A DNA stretch of 64,000 nt from Bacteroidota bacterium. Its GTDB lineage: Bacteria; Bacteroidota; Bacteroidia; Bacteroidales; UBA4417. The stretch covers positions 294,957-358,956 of the forward strand of contig JACAAZ010000001.1 of assembly GCA_013376995.1 (NCBI GenBank). The letters run 5' to 3'. The position numbers and the translations under genes were made by a program. Of the stretch, positions 54,826-64,000 are shown in pieces (positions within the stretch are counted from its first letter, which is position 1; each line of letters begins with the position of its first letter). The notes beneath the pieces were generated by a model, which was not told the origin of the DNA, ran no database searches, and saw nothing but the letters and a program-made list of their open reading frames with translations.

Positions 54826-57444
54826 CTATTTTGATTTTTCTTCCAGCGCATTTAGCCTGCTCTCAAGCTGCAATATCTTTTCCTCTAGGGAACTTATTTT
54901 CGCCTTCGCTTCTTCAATAATAACCTGTTGTTCCTGGACTGATTTTACCAGCGGAACTGTAAAGCTTTCATAAGTAAGGCTGTAAGGTGTCTTATCATTA
55001 GCAGGCTTGTTAACACCGCTAAAATTGAAACCCGATTCAGATGCAGCTTTTTCTACCTGCTGTGCGAGGAAACCGGTATAAACAATTGATTCCTGTTTTG
55101 ACCTTGCATCTTTCATTATATCGTTGTTATATAAAGAGTCAGGTACTCCCCTGAAAGCATCAAGTTTTACAATATCCCATTGGTACGTAACAGGTTTTAA
55201 CTTTAGGATAAAATCAAGCCCTGGAACGTTTTCCTGGACATTCCTTTTGAAACGCTCATCAGAGATAGCGCTCCAGCCTACCTGTCCCCCTATCCAGGAA
55301 ACCGATGAACCACCAATATTGATGCAATTGCTTGAAGTAACATAAGCATTATTACCCAGCGCAGTAGTGTTGGAAAGCGCTGAACCTAGAGGACCGCAAC
55401 TATTGCCGATAGCGGTATTGTATGAACCTGAAAAATTATTGTTTAAAGCCTGGTTGCCATATGCTGTATTCTGACTACCCATGTTGTTGTTCATCAGGCA
55501 TTGGTATCCGACCGCTGTATTTGAATTACCCGAATTGTTGTTAAACTGTGACTGCACTCCAACTGCAGTATTCCACATTCCTGAAGAGTTATAATATAAT
55601 GTCTGAAAACCCAGGGCGGTATTACTATTGCCCGTATTGCTTGATGCGGATGCAGAGCCCCTTAATGCTTCAAAGCCAACCGCAACATTGAAATTGGTAT
55701 AGGGAGTACTTGAGCTATTTGAATAGTACATGGCCCTTTGACCTATGGCTGTTGCGGATGAACCAGCCATGTTAGAATAGAGAGATTCTAAACCGATTGA
55801 AACATTTTCACTTCCCACAGTATTTCCGTTCAGGGCCCAGCAACCGAGAGCAGTATTGCTGTTGCCGCTGATGTTATTAATCAAGGATCCAAGTGCAAAG
55901 GCTGCATTGGAACCTCCTGTTGTATTTTTCTTAAGTGCGGCAGCTCCGTAAGCAGTGTTGAAATCACCTGAACTGTTGGTATACATAGCCTGATAACCGG
56001 CTGCTGTGTTTGAAGATGCTGTAGAGTTGGAGAATAAAGACTGGTAACCCAGAGCAGTATTTTGATTCCCGGTGTTTGCAGATGCGGTAGTTGATCCTCG
56101 AAGTGCTTCAAATCCAATAGCTACATTGTCATTTTCAAAAGGAGTACTTGAATTATTGGAATAAATCATCGCATTGGTACCAATTGCCGTTGCATTCGAA
56201 CCTGCGACATTTGATAATAATGCCTGGTAGCCTATTACAACATTCTGATTTCCTGAGGTATTTGAAAATAATGGCTGGTAACCAACAGCAGTGTTGGATG
56301 TTCCGGTTGAGTTAAAAGTAAGAGAACCACTGCCAAGAGCTGTATTGTAATTCCCGCTCAGGTTATTATACAAACTCTGATTGCCAAATGCAGCATTCAG
56401 GCTACCAGTTGTGTTCGTGAAAAGTGAATAAGATCCTTCAGCAGTATTATTACTCCCGCCAGTACTGGAATAAAGAGAGTAAAATCCGTTTGCTGTATTA
56501 CCGTTTCCAGTCGTGTTATTATACAATGCCTGATTACCCGTAGAGGTGTTATTTGATCCGCTGGTATTGGACCATATGGATTGATAACCTATTGCAGTAT
56601 TACTTAACCCGGTATTGTTAGAAGCTACTGATGAACCTTTTAAAGCTTCATACCCGACAGCCACATTATTGTTGCTGAATGATGTCGTTTTATCGTTCGA
56701 ATTGTACATAGCCCTGGTACCTATGGCTGTCGCATATGAGCCTGCAACATTCGAAAAGAGGGATTGGTAGCCGAGTGAAAGATTGTTTGTACCGTTTACA
56801 TTGCTGAAAAGGGCATACATACCATAGCCGGTATTAAAATTCCCGGTAGAGTTGGAATAAAGCGATTGATAACCGCCAGCCGTGTTATAACTGCCGCTTG
56901 TATTTGAAAAAAGCGAAATAGCTCCGACAGCAACGTTATAAGATCCTGTAGTATTTGATGCAAGGGAATAATTCCCGAAGGCGGAATTATTAGAACCGGT
57001 GCCCGATGTATTTAAAGCACTAACACCAAATGAAGCAGATGCACCAAGTAACCCAGCCCTGATATTATTTCGTTTAAATATGAGGTCAACATCATCTGTG
57101 GTTCCCAAAAAATTTAATGTTGGGTTTATTCCACTGTTACCAGTCAGTTCCCATACGGATCCTTTTCCGTTTAAAGTCCATACAGGGCTTCCACTTGTTC
57201 CTGCATTGAAATATATACCCGGGGTATTATCCGTTTGAAATATTGTTAATCCCGCTGCAGGGCCGATCAAAGCGTTTCGCTGAGCCAGCGTCATCCTGGG
57301 TATCAATAAACCCTTTGATGAACTTGAAATATCAAGCATTGCTGAATTATCAGGCAATGAGCCATCAGTATTGATAGCTACCTGGGCTTTGGATAAAGAA
57401 AATAACAAAGAAAATGACAGGACTAAAAGTAAAAGTGCTTTCAT
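54826..57444 (-). CDS. Secreted fibre protein paralog (872 aa) with shared N-module, Asn/Gly repeats, S74-like domain and coiled coil
   Basis: Signal peptide ...LSKAQ then [51 protein letters not shown]. The C-terminus has SDERFKRNV...[10 protein letters not shown] and a heptad tail ([20 protein letters not shown]). Confidence 0.85.
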   Translation of the reverse strand: MKALLLLVLSFSLLFSLSKAQVAINTDGSLPDNSAMLDISSSSKGLLIPRMTLAQRNALIGPAAGLTIFQTDNTPGIYFNAGTSGSPVWTLNGKGSVWELTGNSGINPTLNFLGTTDDVDLIFKRNNIRAGLLGASASFGVSALNTSGTGSNNSAFGNYSLASNTTGSYNVAVGAISLFSNTSGSYNTAGGYQSLYSNSTGNFNTGYGMYALFSNVNGTNNLSLGYQSLFSNVAGSYATAIGTRAMYNSNDKTTSFSNNNVAVGYEALKGSSVASNNTGLSNTAIGYQSIWSNTSGSNNTSTGNQALYNNTTGNGNTANGFYSLYSSTGGSNNTAEGSYSLFTNTTGSLNAAFGNQSLYNNLSGNYNTALGSGSLTFNSTGTSNTAVGYQPLFSNTSGNQNVVIGYQALLSNVAGSNATAIGTNAMIYSNNSSTPFENDNVAIGFEALRGSTTASANTGNQNTALGYQSLFSNSTASSNTAAGYQAMYTNSSGDFNTAYGAAALKKNTTGGSNAAFALGSLINNISGNSNTALGCWALNGNTVGSENVSIGLESLYSNMAGSSATAIGQRAMYYSNSSSTPYTNFNVAVGFEALRGSASASSNTGNSNTALGFQTLYYNSSGMWNTAVGVQSQFNNNSGNSNTAVGYQCLMNNNMGSQNTAYGNQALNNNFSGSYNTAIGNSCGPLGSALSNTTALGNNAYVTSSNCINIGGSSVSWIGGQVGWSAISDERFKRNVQENVPGLDFILKLKPVTYQWDIVKLDAFRGVPDSLYNNDIMKDARSKQESIVYTGFLAQQVEKAASESGFNFSGVNKPANDKTPYSLTYESFTVPLVKSVQEQQVIIEEAKAKISSLEEKILQLESRLNALEEKSK

Positions 57445-57577
57445 GGAATGCCAGTTAACTGATGAATTTGATTTTTTGAAGGATTGACAGCGTTTTGAAA
57501 CTGACTGTATCCACTATTCAGTCTGACTTCCATGTTAGTTGAGTTTATACTAGTTGATAGAAAGCAAACTTGATTTA

Positions 57578-57585
57578 CAAATGTA
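57578..57585 (-). promoter_or_regulatory. Candidate -7 box (TACATTTG on the minus strand) for the fibre gene array
   Basis: The plus strand reads caaatgta, 134 nt upstream of the ATG at 57444. It is the only TAnnTTTG match I saw in the proximal part of the 495-bp spacer. Confidence 0.25.
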
Positions 57586-57961
57586 GGAATTTATATATGT
57601 ATATAATATTTAAAATAATCAGATACATCATGCAATTTTAAGGAATATAAGAAGGGTTAGACTTGAAGGATCTCTTTGAATAACTGATCAGCGTTGATTC
57701 TTAATCATTCAGATGTAAAAAGATACATATCTAAAATATTTTTTAATACTTTTGCTATCGTAAGGAGAATACTGGTTTTCATAAAGGTTTTTCCTTCCTT
57801 TATTTCGAAATCTTCCCCTCCAATTTCGAATAATGAAATGTGCTGTTGTGTAAAAAGGAATTATCCTGATGCTCTCAGCATAAAGATGATTACTAATAAG
57901 CCTTAGATCAATTAAAAGTTATAAGTATAATTATTCCATCTTGGATACTAACAATACTTCG

Positions 57962-60550
57962 ATGAACAAAACAGTTACTATTGTCCTGCTTGTTATCCTC
58001 CCTATACTATTACAGGCCCAGGTAAAAATTCTTTTCAATGCCAATAAAGCTGAAACAGCTGGCAGTGCAGACTGGGTAATTGATGCAGATTCGCACAATC
58101 TCGGATATGGAACTGGCCCTGCAGTATTGGGCGGAGGCACTGAATCAAATGCACAGCGGTATCCAACTCCTGACCAGTCCACAGTTACTGCTTCCACCGG
58201 CGAAACCTACTGGCAGGGGGCAATTTCTGCATGGGGTATTGACTGCAGGAAACAGGGCTATACTGTTGAAACCCTGCCCTACAATGGTTCAATTACCTAT
58301 GGAAACAGCAGCAACGCACAGGACCTGAGTAATTATAAAGTATTCATTGATTGTGAACCTAACATTGTATATACGGCCGCGGAAAAGACAGCAATCATGC
58401 AATTTGTTCAAAACGGAGGCGGGCTTTTCATGGTTTCAGATCATAATGGCTCTGACCGAAACAGCGATGGCTGGGATTCTCCTGCAATCTGGAATGACCT
58501 GATGAGCAATAATGGCATTGCCACAAATCCTTTTGGAATCACATTTGACTTGGTCAGTATATCTCAAACGACTACCAACATCCCCAATCTTCCAAATGAC
58601 CCGATTCTTCATGGTATTATGGGTGACGTAACTGCAGCAATGTGGAGTGCCGGAACAACCATGACAACAAGTACAGCCGCCAACAGCTCTGTTCTTGGGA
58701 TAATCTATAAGACCGGGTCTTCCTTTGGAAGCACAAATGTGATGTTTGCTTATGCCAGTTATGGCAATGGAAGAGTAGCAGCAATCGGAGATAGTTCTCC
58801 GTGTGATGATGGAACGGGTGATTCGAATGACGTTCTATATAACGGGTGGACAGGCGATGCTAATGGAAACCATGAACGACTTATTATGAATGCCACCATC
58901 TGGTTGGCTTCTTCAAGCTCTGCCTCCACTTTATCAGTTACTCCGTCAAACCAGGCAGTTTCTCCTCAGGCTGGATCCACCAGCTTCAATGTAACATCGA
59001 ATGCAAATTGGTCAGTCAGCAGTAGCCAAAGCTGGTGCACCTTGGGCTCGTCTTCAGGAAGCAATAATGGAACAATAACTGCAAATTTCACTCAGAATAC
59101 AACAAATGCTTCCAGGACGGCAAATATCATCGTTACTGTAACCGGCCTGACACCCGTTACTGTTACAGTTACCCAGGCCGCTCCTACCCTTTCTGTTACA
59201 CCTTCCAGCCAGAGTGTTTCTGTTGCTTCAGGAACAACTCCGTTCACAGTAACTTCTAATTCATCCTGGACAGCCAGCAGCAATCAAAGCTGGTGCACAG
59301 TAACTCCGTCTGGTACCGGAAATGGCACTGTTACAGCAACCTATTCCCTCAATAATACAGCAGCCTCCAGGACCGCCAATATTACGGTAACAGTCACCGG
59401 TTTAACTCCTGTAGTAGTTACCGTAACCCAGGCAGCTCCTACTCTATCTGTAACTCCTGCTAATCAAAATGTTTCTGTTGCTTCAGGAAGTACTTCCTTT
59501 TCAGTAACATCAAATACTTCATGGTCAGCTTCCAGCAGCCAGGCCTGGTGCACAGTCACAACATCAGGTTCCGGAAACGGTACCATAACGGCTAATTTAA
59601 CTCAAAATACTACATCAACTTCAAGAAGTGCAAATGTAACCGTAACTGTTAGCGGACTTTCTCCTGTAATTGTAACTGTAACTCAGGCAGCACCAACCTT
59701 ACAGGTTACTCCTTCAAACCAGGATGTTGGTGTAGCAGCTGGATCTGTTTCATATTCCATTACTTCCAACACTTCCTGGACCATTTCAAGCAATCAGAGT
59801 TGGTGCACTGTAACTTCTCCCGGATCAGGCAATGGAAGTTTCAGTGCCAACTACTCTCAGAACAGCACTGGATCATCCAGGATGGCAACTATTACGGTAA
59901 ATTCTCCAGGTCTTACTCCAGTAGACGTTACTTTAACTCAAGCTGCTCCTGATATCACAATATCTCCATCTAATCAGGATGTTACCGATGCAGCAGGGAC
60001 AGCCAATTTCTCAATTGTATCAAATACTGACTGGAGTGCCAGTAGTAATCAGCCCTGGTGCACTGTTGTTTCTTCGGGTTCAGGTGATGCAACTCTCACT
60101 GCTTCTTATGCACAAAACACTACTACTAATTCCAGGATCTGCACTATATCCATTCTGGTAAGTGGTTTATCGCCTGTCACAGCAACAATAACACAGGCTG
60201 GAATGGCACTGGCACTGGAACCAACTAATTTCCCAACTGATTTCTCAGCTCATAATATTCACATTCAATGGATTGATGCTACAGGAATTGTTGCGCCTAC
60301 AGGATATCTTGTGAGGATGAGCAGTGTCAGCTATTCTGATATACAGGTTCCACAGGACGGTGTTCCTGTTGCGAACAGTTTTTCGGATAAAAATGTTGCA
60401 TCCGGAATCCAGGAAGTATGGTTTAAAAATCTGATTCCAAATACAACCTATTATTTTAAGATTTTCGAATATATAGGTACAGGCAACACTATCAACTACA
60501 AAACTGATGGTGTGATTCAGCAGGTATCTGCTTCTACGGGCCCTTTATAG
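57962..60550 (+). CDS. Secreted multidomain protein: ThuA/amidotransferase-like N-domain, five BACON domains, C-terminal FN3-like domain
   Basis: The start is set at the ATG at 57962 (MNKTVTIVLLVILPILLQAQ). The N-domain contains VFIDCEPN...FVQNGGGLFMVSDHNGSDRN. There are five 85-aa repeats with the BACON pattern ...NxxW...S..xWCT......G.G........N.....R.A.I.V. Confidence 0.8.
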   Translation: MNKTVTIVLLVILPILLQAQVKILFNANKAETAGSADWVIDADSHNLGYGTGPAVLGGGTESNAQRYPTPDQSTVTASTGETYWQGAISAWGIDCRKQGYTVETLPYNGSITYGNSSNAQDLSNYKVFIDCEPNIVYTAAEKTAIMQFVQNGGGLFMVSDHNGSDRNSDGWDSPAIWNDLMSNNGIATNPFGITFDLVSISQTTTNIPNLPNDPILHGIMGDVTAAMWSAGTTMTTSTAANSSVLGIIYKTGSSFGSTNVMFAYASYGNGRVAAIGDSSPCDDGTGDSNDVLYNGWTGDANGNHERLIMNATIWLASSSSASTLSVTPSNQAVSPQAGSTSFNVTSNANWSVSSSQSWCTLGSSSGSNNGTITANFTQNTTNASRTANIIVTVTGLTPVTVTVTQAAPTLSVTPSSQSVSVASGTTPFTVTSNSSWTASSNQSWCTVTPSGTGNGTVTATYSLNNTAASRTANITVTVTGLTPVVVTVTQAAPTLSVTPANQNVSVASGSTSFSVTSNTSWSASSSQAWCTVTTSGSGNGTITANLTQNTTSTSRSANVTVTVSGLSPVIVTVTQAAPTLQVTPSNQDVGVAAGSVSYSITSNTSWTISSNQSWCTVTSPGSGNGSFSANYSQNSTGSSRMATITVNSPGLTPVDVTLTQAAPDITISPSNQDVTDAAGTANFSIVSNTDWSASSNQPWCTVVSSGSGDATLTASYAQNTTTNSRICTISILVSGLSPVTATITQAGMALALEPTNFPTDFSAHNIHIQWIDATGIVAPTGYLVRMSSVSYSDIQVPQDGVPVANSFSDKNVASGIQEVWFKNLIPNTTYYFKIFEYIGTGNTINYKTDGVIQQVSASTGPL
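58927..60202 (+). repeat. Five tandem 255-bp coding repeats (BACON domains)
   Basis: Each repeat runs from (T/S)L(S/Q)VTPS(N/S)Q to VT(V/L)TQAAP. The boundary segments are recognisably similar at the nucleotide level. Confidence 0.85.
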
Positions 60551-60552
60551 GG

Positions 60553-63030
60553 TTAAGCCTTTAGTTGCTTTCTGACGGATTGGAAATCAAGGTAATAAAG
60601 CAGGCGAATGGAAAAGCTATTAGCCTGGTCCGATCTCATTGTATTTGCAAAGTCTTCTGCATAGCCCAGGTGAATTACCTCGTCACTGGAATTTATTGAG
60701 TTTTTCCACACCATACTGAGCTCGCTGCCAGGTGCAAAATACCAGACAAATTGCAAGTCTGCAGAAAAAGCATTGAAACTTTCATTCGGCAGATTTATTG
60801 AGTTATTTCGAGTTAACAATCCTTCCTGATCCAGCCTGTAGTAATCAAGAAACTCAACTCTTGACCAGTAATGGCGTCCTCGCAGGTTAAGAGATGACTT
60901 TGTATTAAATACATACTTGAAATTCACAATATTGCTAACAGTTAAAACATTTCTTCTTGCAAAATAAATTATGGGATCCTGAATACTGTCGAATAAAGTT
61001 TTGGCCCATCCATAGTCATTATGACTATCCAAATAACTTCCGGTCAATGTAACTGAGAATCTGTCAGAAAACCGCATCCTGAGAATAGTTTCGATATTCC
61101 AGCCTGTACCGCTGTTTCCCGGGGTTGAGGATAATCCAAAACTATTGTGGATCCTGAATTTTTTACGGGAATCAGATGCAATTCGCCAATTCAGGTAGGA
61201 AGATGCAGGTCTCTTATATTTCCAGCCCCAGGTCCTGGGTTCATAATAATCAGTTACGCCATCAGGAGTCACTCCTACCTCAATGTAATCAGCCCAATAG
61301 TTGTGAAATGTCATATAATTATCAGCCACCAGTTGATAGCTTATCAAATCATTCGGACTGCTTAAGGTTTTATACACCATAAGAATATCAGATTGCATGG
61401 ATTGCCATATCCACACAGGGTCAAAGACCAGGTGAGATAAACGGAGGGAATTGTTTACTTCATTATTGTTTGAAATGTACCCCATGTCATTTGGATCGTA
61501 ACGTTTATCCATAGCATCTCTCTGTAATTCATACTGGAATTTCCCCCTCGGTTTTGAGATGGAAACCAGGTACCTGCTTCCTGTTTCTTTCTTACCATCC
61601 TGATCAACAACCTGGCTCACATTCAGCCTTCCGAGAAATGAGAATGAACTTTTCTTATTATTCAGCCTGGTTTCTGCTCCGGTGACATTCGAATGATAGT
61701 GGTTCCGGGGCATCCAGTAATTAGTATTAATTATGGTAGCATATGAATTATGCTTAAGGTTTTGATCAACCACCATCACATTGTAATTTGTAAATTCCTG
61801 GGTGCGGATCTTCCTGCTGGAATTATCTGTAGTATCGAGCAGCTTTGCATCAGCCGGAGAGGTTATGGCATTAAAAAATCCTATCCCCAATCCTTTACTG
61901 TTTCTTCCTGATATTTTAGTAGCATTTAGGATACTCGTTTCTTCGGGATTCTCATTGATGACTTCATTCACTCTGGCTTCATAATAGGGTCGATAAAAGT
62001 CGCGGGGAATCGAGCCGATTCTTCTTGAATAGAATAATCCGCATTTATTGAAGAGCTCAGTCCCTTCTGTAAAGAACTGTCGCTTTTCATCATATCTAAC
62101 TTCGAAGGGCGTGAGGTTAAGAATTACATCATCCGATTGAACCTGTCCAAAATCAGGTATCAGCATCATATCAACCGTATAGCTTTCGTTAATTCCCCAT
62201 TTGAGGTCCAGTCCCCCTCTGCCGGAATATTTCCAACCGGTTACTTCAGGGCTGTTTTCAATGTATCCAGCTACATAAGGAGTTATTGACAATCTGACTG
62301 GAGGGTCAATATTCCTGATGCCTGTAATTGTGCCATAATATTTGAAAATATCCTGGTCCTGGTTGTCGATGTATGACCAGGTAGAGAATTCTCTTCTCCG
62401 CTGAAAGTTGCGCCAAAGGTTAAATCCCCATTTCTGCTCGGCAATTCGCGGGAACCTGAGTGCAGACCAGGGAATACGAACTTCAGCAATCCATGATGAA
62501 TCTGTTATCAGGGTAGCACTTTCCCAGACAGCATCCCAATTCAGGTCAGTTCCGATTGCTGAATATTTGCAATCATTCTGAAGATTGGCGGGTGTTACTT
62601 TGAATTCATACATATTCAGCCCGTCATTGTAAGGAAGAATATCAAAAGATATGTAATCCGTATTAAGTGATTCAACCTGGTCCCGTTTGCCAAATTCCTT
62701 GCAAATGCTGTCAGGATGGCTGTCCAACATCTCAGCAGCTATGTAGACCGCATCATTGTCATATGCCAGTTTAACCCTGGTTTGATTAGCCGGGCTGGAA
62801 CCATTATAAGGAGCATATACAATGAAATTACCTGCTACAGGCAGGTTCTCCCATACCTTATCATCGAGTTTACCATCGATTTTAGGAGGCATACTAATAT
62901 AGGATGCCTCATAATTTTTCTTTTCCCTTTCAGGTTTCCCTGCATTTGAAGCATATGCGGATACAGTGTTTATAACAGGAAGTAAAAGCAGTAACAATGG
63001 CAGCTGTTTGAATAGAATGTGGGTCCTCAT
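60553..63030 (-). CDS. CBM9-like / DUF5916 family outer-membrane-associated protein
   Basis: The start is set at the ATG at 63030 (MRTHILFKQLPLLLLLLPVINTVSAYA). The N-terminal PPKIDGKLDDKVWENLPVAGNFIVYAPYNG...AYDNDAVYIAA is the CBM9/DOMON-like signature. A long beta-rich C-terminal region follows. The stop is 2 nt from the convergent BACON gene stop. Confidence 0.7.
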   Translation of the reverse strand: MRTHILFKQLPLLLLLLPVINTVSAYASNAGKPEREKKNYEASYISMPPKIDGKLDDKVWENLPVAGNFIVYAPYNGSSPANQTRVKLAYDNDAVYIAAEMLDSHPDSICKEFGKRDQVESLNTDYISFDILPYNDGLNMYEFKVTPANLQNDCKYSAIGTDLNWDAVWESATLITDSSWIAEVRIPWSALRFPRIAEQKWGFNLWRNFQRRREFSTWSYIDNQDQDIFKYYGTITGIRNIDPPVRLSITPYVAGYIENSPEVTGWKYSGRGGLDLKWGINESYTVDMMLIPDFGQVQSDDVILNLTPFEVRYDEKRQFFTEGTELFNKCGLFYSRRIGSIPRDFYRPYYEARVNEVINENPEETSILNATKISGRNSKGLGIGFFNAITSPADAKLLDTTDNSSRKIRTQEFTNYNVMVVDQNLKHNSYATIINTNYWMPRNHYHSNVTGAETRLNNKKSSFSFLGRLNVSQVVDQDGKKETGSRYLVSISKPRGKFQYELQRDAMDKRYDPNDMGYISNNNEVNNSLRLSHLVFDPVWIWQSMQSDILMVYKTLSSPNDLISYQLVADNYMTFHNYWADYIEVGVTPDGVTDYYEPRTWGWKYKRPASSYLNWRIASDSRKKFRIHNSFGLSSTPGNSGTGWNIETILRMRFSDRFSVTLTGSYLDSHNDYGWAKTLFDSIQDPIIYFARRNVLTVSNIVNFKYVFNTKSSLNLRGRHYWSRVEFLDYYRLDQEGLLTRNNSINLPNESFNAFSADLQFVWYFAPGSELSMVWKNSINSSDEVIHLGYAEDFANTMRSDQANSFSIRLLYYLDFQSVRKQLKA

Positions 63031-63279
63031 AGTAATATCCCTTTTAGAAAGCTGGAAGATTATGCATAACGACAAATTTAGCCGGAAGCAAAAGTTGTGG
63101 AAAATGTATTCTGTGTAGGTTTGGATTCCTTCGTCATATCATTCTTTTCTATCGGTCATTACAATATTTTCCTGGGTTCAGGCTGGAGATGTTGAAAACT
63201 CCTGATATTAATTCGATATTAATTATATATTAATTTCCCTATTTTCGCAGTTGATTCTTTACAACTAATAATATTATCC

Positions 63280-63927
63280 ATGAAACTTGACAAAATCTTT
63301 AGTTTCCTGGTCCCTAAGGACCGAAAGTTTTTTCCCATGTTCAATAAGGCTGCTGATAACCTTGTTACAACTTCTGAATTATTGATCAAGCTAATTCGAG
63401 AGAATGACCTCGAAAAACGTTTGGATTATATTAAAGAAATTAAAGATGCAGAACATGACGGGGATGTCATGACCAAAGAAATGCTTGATGAATTGAATGG
63501 TACTTTTATTACCCCATTTGATAGGGAGGATATACATGAACTTATTTCAACCATGGATTCTGTAGTGGATTATATACATACCACCTCGAAAAGAATTCAC
63601 TTTTATAAGTTACCCCATTTCCCGGATGAGTTTGTACAAATAGCAGACTGTATTCATTCGGCAAATAAAGAAATACAACTTGTATTACGTTCTGTTAAGC
63701 ATGCCGGCGACTTCAATAAATTCCAGGAATCCTGCATTAAGATCAGCAATTTGGAAAGCAAGGTTGATGACATTTATCAGCAGTTCTTATCTGAACTATT
63801 TGAAAATGAAACAAATGCAATTGACCTAATTAAAAAGAGGGATATTCTCGCTTCTCTCGAAAAAGCCATTGATAAATGTGACGATGTGGCTAATGTATTT
63901 TCAACCATCATTGTTAAAATGGGTTAA
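63280..63927 (+). CDS. DUF47 / PhoU-like phosphate-transport regulator family protein
   Basis: 215 aa, a four-helix protein with FFPMFNKAADNL...E.D.I.......F.TPFDREDIHEL, typical of the DUF47 partner of PiT transporters. An ATG at 63990 may start that transporter, but only 11 nt remain in the window. Confidence 0.75.
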   Translation: MKLDKIFSFLVPKDRKFFPMFNKAADNLVTTSELLIKLIRENDLEKRLDYIKEIKDAEHDGDVMTKEMLDELNGTFITPFDREDIHELISTMDSVVDYIHTTSKRIHFYKLPHFPDEFVQIADCIHSANKEIQLVLRSVKHAGDFNKFQESCIKISNLESKVDDIYQQFLSELFENETNAIDLIKKRDILASLEKAIDKCDDVANVFSTIIVKMG

Positions 63928-64000
63928 GAGCTTGAACCAGGCTTCTTCATTTTCAGGTTTTCATTTTGTTTACATTTAATCCTCAGAGAATGAATTTCAC

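Noticed and set aside
48162-57444. Prophage or tailocin interpretation of the S74-domain fibre genes
   Set aside because: No other phage structural, lysis, replication or integration gene lies within at least 10 kb on either side. All four proteins have classical Sec signal peptides, which phage tail fibres lack. The interpretation is kept only as a refutation criterion.
57445-57940. Invertible promoter (inverton) controlling the fibre array
   Set aside because: I scanned the 495-bp spacer for flanking inverted repeats of 10 bp or more. I found only short direct repeats (ttgaaggat x2, gatacat x2), and no recombinase gene is nearby. The 70-codon ORF at 57694-57906 is AT-rich with no features and is also rejected.

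Overview
This looks like a chromosomal segment of a Bacteroidota bacterium. Supporting signatures are TAnnTTTG-type -7 promoter boxes, a T9SS C-terminal sorting domain, BACON domains, type III glutamine synthetase, a DUF4835-coaBC-rpoZ-bamD neighbourhood, and signal peptides that end just before Gln. About 55 genes are supportable. Most are housekeeping: gyrA (partial), clpC, an acyl-CoA dehydrogenase with etfBA, fabI, recN, coaBC, rpoZ, bamD, a photolyase, rarA, kdsA, pstCAB, glnN, a transaldolase-family gene and tsaC. I also found three features the ORF track does not show: tRNA-Lys(UUU), a small SRP RNA, and a 58-aa TatA. Accessory content falls into three groups. (1) A GDP-heptose pathway (hddA-gmhA-hddC-gmhB) is co-transcribed with a T9SS-sorted DNRLRE/PKD protein and followed by GT4, GT2 and DUF4199 genes. 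(2) A cytochrome c / outer-membrane barrel / lipoprotein cytochrome c triad. (3) At 48.2-57.4 kb, four consecutive secreted proteins share a roughly 70-aa N-terminal module. Three are long Asn/Gly-repeat fibres ending in a phage-type self-cleaving (Peptidase S74-like) chaperone domain plus a coiled coil, and one is a Cys-rich DxDxDG repeat protein. No other phage genes are present. I rate this locus the best candidate for an undescribed system. A second unusual property is that several intergenic regions hold unrelated short-period tandem arrays (16, 11, about 12 and 21 bp) with strong strand composition bias. There is also a 277-bp MITE-like element and a recurring TTGCAATTTGA word. No CRISPR array, integrase, transposase or rRNA is visible. 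All homology calls rest on motif recognition by eye, not database searches.
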